A DNA stretch of 64,000 nt from Macrostomum lignano (lineage: Eukaryota), in the NCBI GenBank assembly GCA_002269645.1, contig NIVC01001306.1:186001-250000 (forward strand). The letters are read 5' to 3'. The notes under the pieces were generated by a model. It saw only the letters and a list, made by a program, of their open reading frames with translations, did not search any database and was not told the DNA's origin. The translations under genes and the position numbers were made by a program. Positions 55,501 to 64,000 of the stretch are shown piece by piece. Each line of letters begins with the position of its first letter. The stretch's first letter is position 1.

Positions 55501-58500
55501 GCTTGGGGAATGTGAAGCTTGGGGAATGTGAAGCTTGGGGAATGTGAAGCTTGGAGGAATGTGAAGCTTGGGGAATGTGAAGCTTGGGGAATGTGAAGCT
55601 TGGGGAATGTGATGCTTGAGGAATGTGATGCTTGAGGAATGTGAAGCTTGAGGAATGTGTAGCTTGGAGAATGTGAAGCTTGGAGAATGTGAAGCTTGGA
55701 GAATGTGATGCTTGGGGAATGTGAATATTAGAGAATGTAAAGATTGGGGAATGTGAAGATTGGGGAATGTGAAGCTTGGGGAATGTGAAGCTTGGGGAAT
55801 GTGAAGCTTGGGGAATGTGAAGCTTGGGGAATGTGAAGCTTGGGGAATGTGAAGCTTGGAGGAATGTGAAGCTTGGGGAATGTGAAGCTTGGAGAATGTG
55901 AAGCTTGGAGAATGTGATGCTTTAGGGAACATGAAATTTCGGAGGACGGCAACTAAGGCATGTGAAGCTTGGAGAATGTGAAGCTTGGAGAATGTGATGC
56001 TTTAGGGAACATGAAATTTCGGAGGACGGCAACTAAGGCATGTTAAACTTTGAGATTGTGAATCACTTCCGGTTGCTAGTATTTTCTGCTATGAATTGCT
56101 TCCATCGAAAGTTTTGATTTGTGAAAGAGATGCTAATTCCAGATTCTCCGTACAAAGCCTCCTTGGACTTCTCCATCCCTTCGGCTGAGTCAATGCTTCT
56201 CCTTCCCTCCCCAGCAGTCAAAACAACCCCATCCAGCCTCATCGAGGCTGGCGCCCGCCTCCCACTAAGCTCATTTCCGGTCTAGCAGAGCGTCCTGAAA
56301 ATTTGAGAACGAATTTGAAAAAAAAACTGCCCACAGCAGGACCCCCGCTCGCTTCATCAGCACTCAGCCCTTGAGACCTTCACGCCCGACTGACCCTGCC
56401 GCCCTCGGGTCGCTGCTTCCAGGGGAGGCGGAAGGAGAATTATCCCATCAAGAGCTACTAATAGCAGCTGCCGAAAAAATTTATCAACACCTGCTTTTCC
56501 TCTCATCGTTTCCCAGGACTCGCTCATTCAGTCTGAGCTGGAGCAGCGGTGGAGGAGGGTACTCATCGCACATTTTTAACAATGACATTTGTTCTGCAGA
56601 CAGGCGCATTGAGGCCAAGTTGCCAGAATTCTCGTTTTAAGAGAGATGGATGTTAGCCTAGTCTGATGCCAACAGTTTCTAGAATCTATTAGAAATTCCC
56701 CCTTGGACAGAATAAGCTGCAAAAAAGTTCAATCAATTCCCCAGGGAATTAGCAAATTTCCTTAGGATTTCAGTTACACGAATACGTCTCTGAAACTAAG
56801 GAAATATAACCAATAAAATTCATTATTTTATTGATTTATTAAGTAAGAGAATTTCCAGGAGAGAATTTTGCCAGAAAGAATTCCCCAGGAAAGAATTGCC
56901 CAGGAAAATGTTCCCCTGAAAGGAATTGTCTAGGAAAAATTTCCCAGCGTAGAATTGCCATAGGAAAGAATTCCCCAGAAGGCCAGAAAAGAGTTCCCCA
57001 GAAAATAATTCCCCTGAATAGAATTCTCCAGGTAGGAATTCCCCAGGAAAGAATTTCATGCACGAATTCCAAAATGGCTAACCCGCCTCACTGGGGACTT
57101 AACTTAGTCAAGAAAGCCTTAATGACTTGGCACAGTTCGTAATTGCAACAAAATGAGATCATAAATTGGGCACAAATCCGACACAAGCTTACTCGTAAGT
57201 GTCCGCCTTTTCTCTACTGAAGAATGCCGTCCAAGATCTGTTTTTATTGGTGCCGTTTGACTATTTTTTGTGTTTATAAGCGCGACCTGCACAGTATTTT
57301 AGGATCATAGAGATTAGCTGCCTATTTTACGCGTGCGCTCTAGAAATTTGCATTTCGAACACTGCCCGTGCCTGTGGCACCTCTGTGGCACCCTTTTCAA
57401 GTTGTCCCAGTTTCCAAGATGATGTCGGATTACTGCGCACAAATTGCACGAATATTCGAGGTTCAGTCTGTTTCTCTTTCGATAATGTATCAAAGTTTCT
57501 GTTGTTTTTCTGCCCGCACCGAGATAAACAAACTATTTTACAGTCTAAACACAAAAAAATGTAATCTTAGTTTAAAATTGAAGTATCTATTGAGCGGAGA
57601 GGAAATAGTTTAAGGAGGCTGGCGTGACTCGCTTTCAGAGTGATGTTGAAATCCCCAATTCACAATTTCTTGTTCAGAGATTCGCCAAAATTCATATCGG
57701 GTCGCTTCACTAAAGTTCACTGACCAGAAACTTCACAGAATTGAAATGCTCAAAGCATCGGTAGGTACGAGTATTTGTTTGGAGAATGTGAAGCTTGAGG
57801 AATGTGAAGATTGGGGAACGTGAAGATTGGGGAATATGAAGCTTGGGAGTGTGAAGATTGGGGAATGTGAAGATTGGGGAATGTGAAGATTGGGGAATGT
57901 GGAGATTGGGGAATGTGAACATTGAGGAATGTTAAGATTGGGGAATGTGAAGATTGGGGAACGTGAGGGTTTGGGGAATGTGAAGACTGGGGAATGTGAA
58001 GACTGGGGAATGTGAAGCTTGGGGAATGTAAAGCTTGGGGAACGTGAAGATTGGGGAACGTGAGGGTTTGGGGAATGTGAAGACTGGGGAATGTGAAGAC
58101 TGGGGAATGTGAAGCTTGGGGAATGTAAAGCTTGGGGAACGTGAAGATTGGGGAATGTGAAGCTTGGGGAATGGGAAGATTGGGAAATGTAAACATTAGG
58201 GAATGTATTAACATTAGGGTTGAAGAATTTGAAGGTTGGGGAATGTAAAGGTTGAGAAATGTGAAGATTTAAGAATGTGAAGATCGAGGAACGTGAAGGC
58301 TGGAGAATCTGAAGCTCGGAGATTTTAATGTTTTTTTTCCAAACGTTAATTTCGGGGCTTGTAAATTAGGGGCTATTCGAGATTGTGAATTCACGAATCA
58401 CCTCCAGCATTGTTGGATAAGGAAGCACGGCATTCAGGCCAGCGCAAGACGGCTTTTAATGTCGATTAGGGCTATCCTAGAGATCCTGGCCCAGCCAGTG

Positions 58501-60207
58501 TTCCACAGCAATAAAATCGAGCGAGTTTCAGGGTGCAGAGATGGGAGGATTTGGGGCCCTCCGTGGCTCCCCCCTCATTAGCAATTCAATCGGAAGTGAT
58601 TAATGTGTGCGCGTGCCGTGCCTTGGGATAAAGACTGAACTGAAATCAGCCTGCTCGCTTTCGGATGCCCCCCCCCACTCCCCGAAGCAGAAGATTAAAA
58701 AGGAAATGCGGAAGCGAACGACGAGCGGAGAGATTAGAGGAGACCAGACGAGACGAGAGAAGGCCAGTGGAGGGGCGCAGGGCAGGGGCAGACAGACAGA
58801 CAAGCACAGAGGAGAAACATGGTTTCCAAATTCTGAGCACAGACCGGTCATGCGGTGACCCAGATAGTGGAGAGGAAGCAGCAGCAGCAGCAGCAGCTGT
58901 GACAGAAACTTTACTGTCTAAGAATCGACACACACTCAGTGGGGCATGGGTGTCTGCTTTTTCTGTCAAGAAGCACCTGGCAGTGTGAGAATGTAATTTA
59001 CTTTCAAGGTTCTAAGGTGTTTTACAACTAAAAGCAGACAAGCAAGCAATAATTCTTCCAAGCATGTCTGCTACTAGATTTTTTTCCTTTTCTCCAATAT
59101 TATTTTGAAGCTTTAGAAATCTGCGTACCCGAAGTTATTGAAGTGTCAGCTTTTCGATGGGGGGGGGCAGACATGGGAGAAATCCCAGCTGCTGCCGGCG
59201 TCAATGGTAATCGGACTCCAAGCTCTCAGTCCTCCTCCTCCTCCGCACGGGCTTAAAATGCTCTCTGATAATTAATTGCATGCAAGACCTGGGCGGAACT
59301 TTGGCCGCCTTTGGGCTTGCGCAAACCTTATGCGAATGTATGCCTATAGTCGTATGTGTGTGTATATACTGTTAAGTCTCTTGATTGCGCAATCATTTAC
59401 AGTCAAACGCCTGCGGGTTAAACGCGCCGGTCACGGTTGAACCCCCCCCGCCCGAGTGCCTGACTGCGCTGCAGACGCTCATTAAAGCCAGGTACAATGC
59501 GTTAAACAATGGAACTTATACACTCGAAGCTTCAAAAACCCGCCAAACCAGAATTGTATAAGAGGCTTCTGTATGCTTAAACTGCTTTTGCTGCTTCTGC
59601 TATTAGAAGAGTGACCCTTTAGTCCGAGCGAAAGCAGGAGGCAAACATGGCGCGGGCGGGCCTTAGCGCTGAGTGGCCGGTTTGAGTGGCCGGCAAAAGC
59701 ACTTCGGTGCCTGTCGTAGCGGGACAAAATCAGACCAATTGGTGGCTGTGGCCCTCTTCTAAAAGCAGAGAGCAGAACAAGAGAGGAAGGAGAAAGGCGT
59801 CGCGGATAATGGCGGACCCGAAGGGTTGGTCAAAGAGAATTGGGAGCTGTTAAACAGGATTTTCATTTTAATTTCTCTATTTGCTCTGCTCAACCTGAGC
59901 ACCTCACTATTGCGAGGTGGCTGCCCTCTCGAACAGTAAACGAATGGGCTCAATTGCTTTGACTAGGAGCAAATCTAATTGCTGTCAAACAGAAGACCTG
60001 TTTGCTCGATTGTTCTCCGTCCCTAATGTTTTACTTTTAACATAATTATGAAATATGATTAATAGGGCTGAATATTTCTTGAAAAAACTCGACGAGCGGT
60101 AAAAGCGTGACTCTCGCGCCGCGACCCCAGGTTCGATTCCGTTCGCGGTCACATTTATTTGGGTTTGTGTGCATGAAAATTGGCCTAGAGGTTGGCGTGC
60201 GATTCGA

Positions 60208-60280
<73 letters not shown>

Positions 60281-60283
60281 GGC

Positions 60284-60328
<45 letters not shown>

Positions 60329-60331
60329 GGC

Positions 60332-60412
<81 letters not shown>

Positions 60413-63293
60413 GTCAGAGACAGACTCCCAAGGCACAGAGACTAGACAGTCAGGGCCGCTGTACACCCTGTGTGAGCGTGTACACGAGTGCATGCCTGTG
60501 TACAGTATTCAGGAGGCAGCGGAACGGGCAGGATTGCCGTCAGCGCTGGTTGTGGAACCATGTCGCCGAAGGCGTAGCGCCAGGGTGCCTGCAGCCCTGC
60601 TGCAAATCTTTATTTATTTATTTTATGGTAAGCTGATATTGCAAAAACGAATAAAGTTCTGCATATTTGTTTTTTAACTTAACTCCACCTACAATGTCAA
60701 TCGATGCACAAATTTGAATTCCTACAAACTGCTCAGCGCTATCTGATTACACCCAATCTGCAGCCAGTCGTGCATGAAAAAACTGCTTAGCTAATTTATT
60801 CGGGCTAGAACTGATGCAGATTTTATCCCTAAAAATGTTATAGTGCTCAGCAGTTGGTGTTGTATCAAATTCTGCCACTCTGCATTTGTCACGTCCTCAA
60901 TACATTTCGATTTTTTATGTGTATTGCTATTGATAGAAATTTGATACTTTCAAGAAGCGCTTCGTCCGGTCTGGGTGAATCTTGCTGGTTTCCCCTGTAG
61001 TCCACAGAATTAGTGCTTGTAGTTGGCGCGTTGGACTTGGATCCGTGACTTGAGAAGGATTTTCTAATCTTTATTGTCTCGGACCATCTCTTGTGTCTTC
61101 TAACTGACACTTTATATTGCGTCATGTAAAACTTCCTGACACAATAGTAACTGACACATTTATTGTGGCATCTAGAACTTCATGACACAATAGAATCTGA
61201 CACATTTTATTGTGGCATCTAGAACTTCCTGACACAGTAGCATCTGACACATTTTATTGCGTCACCTATAACTTCCTGACACAGTAGCATCTGACACACT
61301 TTATTGCGTTACCTATAACTTCCTGACACAGTAGCATCTGACACATTTTATTGCGTTACCTATAACTTCCTGACACAGTAGCATCTGACACATTTTATTG
61401 CGTTACCTAGAACTTCCTGACACAGTAGCATCTGACACATTTTATTGCGTTACCTATAACTTCCTGACACAGTAGCATCTGACACATTTTATTGCGTTAC
61501 CTAGAACTTCCTGACACAGTAGCATCTGACACATTTTATTGCGTTACCTATAACTTCCTGACACAGTAGCATCTGACACATTTTATTGCGTTACCTAGAA
61601 CTTCCTGACACAGTAGCATCTGACACATTTTATTGCGTCACCTATAACTTCCTGACACAGTAGCATCTGACACATTTTATTGCGTCACCTATAACTTCCT
61701 GACACAGTAGCATCTGACACATTTTATTGCGTCACCTATAACTTCCTGACACAGTAGCATCTGACACACTGACATGTACGCAGTCTGATATCTGCTGTTC
61801 AGAACTATCGCTCATTCCAGCCACTAACTGTCAGTCAAGTCAATCAATTTTCGTCAAAATTTCTGTCAGCCCTTGCGAGAGAAGCTCATTTTAAAATCTT
61901 ATTCGTCAGTCAACAGTCTCCTCTGATTTCCTTTGCTTATAAAATTTCTAATTCTTATCATTTCATTATGCCTCTAAGAATATATAATAATTATCGAATT
62001 TCTCACGCCTCGTGCAACAGCTCCGAAGTCCCGAAAGTTGCCTGAGGGGACACCTGCCAGCCCGGGGGGGGGGGGCACAGCAGCGCAGCAGGTGGTCTCT
62101 CAGCGGACAGACGCGCGTGTGTGCCACTCCCCCTCCGCCTCCCCCCCACCGAAGGTGGCAAATACAGAAATAGGAGACGGGACTAAAAGAGGAAAATGGG
62201 CCCCCACATTTCCTGCTGAATAGATAGCGAGCGAGAGAGAAAAAGGCTGTCTGTCTGTCTGTCTATGGTATTAATGGGACCGAAAAAATCGTCGCCCCCC
62301 CTCAGCCCCCTCAGACCATAGACAATCGCGGCGAAAATAACCTGATACCAATTAGGGGTTTTTGGCCGGGCTGGGCGGGCTTGAGATGGGGGTTGCCCCG
62401 TCCTTTCTGTCGTCTCTGAGCCCCCCGAGCCTGATTGTGCTTCCCTCCGCTTGAACCTTCGCCGCCTCCCATCTGGGGTCTCCCATTGCCAGTCCCAGGC
62501 CAGAGAGGGCACAGAGGCTCCCTGTCAGGCGCCCAGACACAGGCTAAAAGGAGCCCAAATTTATATATTATAAGTGAAAGAAATCTGAAAGTAACAGGTG
62601 TTCCCTGAGGCGGGGTTCCCCTCGAACCCCTCTAAAACCAAAACCCTTTCACTAGCTTCCTACTGCTGCGCGTTAATTGGGGAAAATTGGGTATTGGAGC
62701 AAGAGCTCGAAGAGAATTAGACTGCCGAGCCTTTGACAGCTCTTAGCGGGAGGGCTGTGATGAGCGCGGAAAAAAGTGCTATGAAGAAGACCCTGCACCT
62801 GCTCCATCGTACTCAGCAGGGGCGGCTGGAGATTGATAACGCGCAGGTTTTGTCACCAACTGGCTTGAGAGAATCAGACGGAGACAGGGAATGATCAACG
62901 CAATTTTGATTGCGTCAATGCCTACTGGCGAACTCCTCGCTCTGCTTGCGCAAGAAAGTCCGCAGTTTGAGAACGATTAAGACTGAAAGGGCAGAGATAC
63001 GGAGAACAATGCAGAAGGGTTGCTGGGGCAGCCGCAGGGTGGCGGAGTCGAAAAAGAAGAAAAACGAACTGTTTGCGCAACTCCTGCGTCTTATTATTTA
63101 GTTGCCGTTTCTGATTGCGCAGACCAGACCTGAGAGTCTTTTATCCTGTTTATTTAATTACTGTTGCTTTGGCAACTATGAATTTACCTTTTTTCAGCAG
63201 ATTAGAGTTAGTTTCCGATTGAGGACGTTGAGCATTTTCTCTGTCTGTCTGTCTGTCTGTCTGTCTGTATGGCTGTCTGTATGTCTGCCTGCC

Positions 63294-63346
<53 letters not shown>

Positions 63347-63429
63347 GCCTGTCTGTCTGTCTGTCTGCCTGTCTGCCTGCCTGTCTGTCTTTGTGTCTGT
63401 CATAGTGTCTGTTTGTCTGTCTGTCTTAG

Positions 63430-63490
<61 letters not shown>

Positions 63491-63557
63491 GCCTGTCTGT
63501 CTGTCTGTCTGCCTGTCTGCCTGCCTGTCTGTCTTTGTGTCTGTCATAGTGTCTTAG

Positions 63558-63634
<77 letters not shown>

Positions 63635-63792
63635 GCCTGTCTGTCTGTCTGTCTGCCTGTCTGCCTGCCTGTCTGTCTTTGTGTCTGTCATAGTGTCTGT
63701 TTGTCTGTCTGTCTTAGTGTCTGTCTGTCTGTCTGTCTGTCTGCCTGCCTGCCTGTCTGTCTGTCTGCCTTCTGTCTGTCTGTCTGCCTGCC

Positions 63793-63825
<33 letters not shown>

Positions 63826-63876
63826 GCCTGCCTGTCTGTCTGTCTGTCTGTCTTAGTGTCTGTCTGTCTGTCTGCC

Positions 63877-63941
<65 letters not shown>

Positions 63942-63948
63942 GCCTGCC

Positions 63949-64000
<52 letters not shown>
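52514..64000 (-). repeat. right arm of the large inverted duplication (runs off the window)
   Basis: reverse complement of 35741-47217, near-identical outside repeat tracts. Confidence 0.97.
60088..60530 (+). mobile_element. mirror copy of the tRNA-derived SINE-like element
   Basis: CTCGACGAGCGGTAAAAGCGTGACTCTCGCGCCGCGACCCCAGGTTCGATTCC head, then body, (CAGA)n and 3' block. Confidence 0.55.

Noticed and set aside
60088-60151. Functional tRNA gene
   Set aside because: The B-box is intact but the acceptor and T stems do not pair; treated as a SINE head. A similar B-box-only fragment at ~25577-25640 (minus) was too weak to call

Overview
Eukaryotic (metazoan) genomic DNA. Exons are GC-rich, introns are AT-rich, and about 25 different mini- and microsatellite arrays fill a large part of the window. 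This style suggests a Macrostomum-type flatworm, but that is inference only. Three spliced genes can be rebuilt from GT-AG sites and reading-frame phase. (1) A complete GABARAPL2-type ATG8 gene (+, 748-3668, 4 exons, 117 aa). (2) A convergent four-TM CD20/MS4A-like gene (-, 7814-5866, 3 exons, 247 aa). (3) A metallocarboxypeptidase E/D-like M14B gene (+, 9849-14598, 5 exons, last exon unresolved). From 21.4 kb a chain of tiny phase-compatible exons may encode a secreted protein. It may end in a frame-preserving (SVAGAP)n repeat. The right half is dominated by a near-identical inverted duplication with arms of at least 11.5 kb (35.7-47.2 kb mirrored at 52.5-64 kb). The spacer holds a 512-N gap, a LINE 3' end and two minisatellites, so the duplication may be real or an assembly artefact. 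Also present are a probable solo LTR and a tRNA-derived SINE family. Most long ORFs in the supplied track are just translations of tandem repeats. There are no prokaryotic features or CRISPR arrays.
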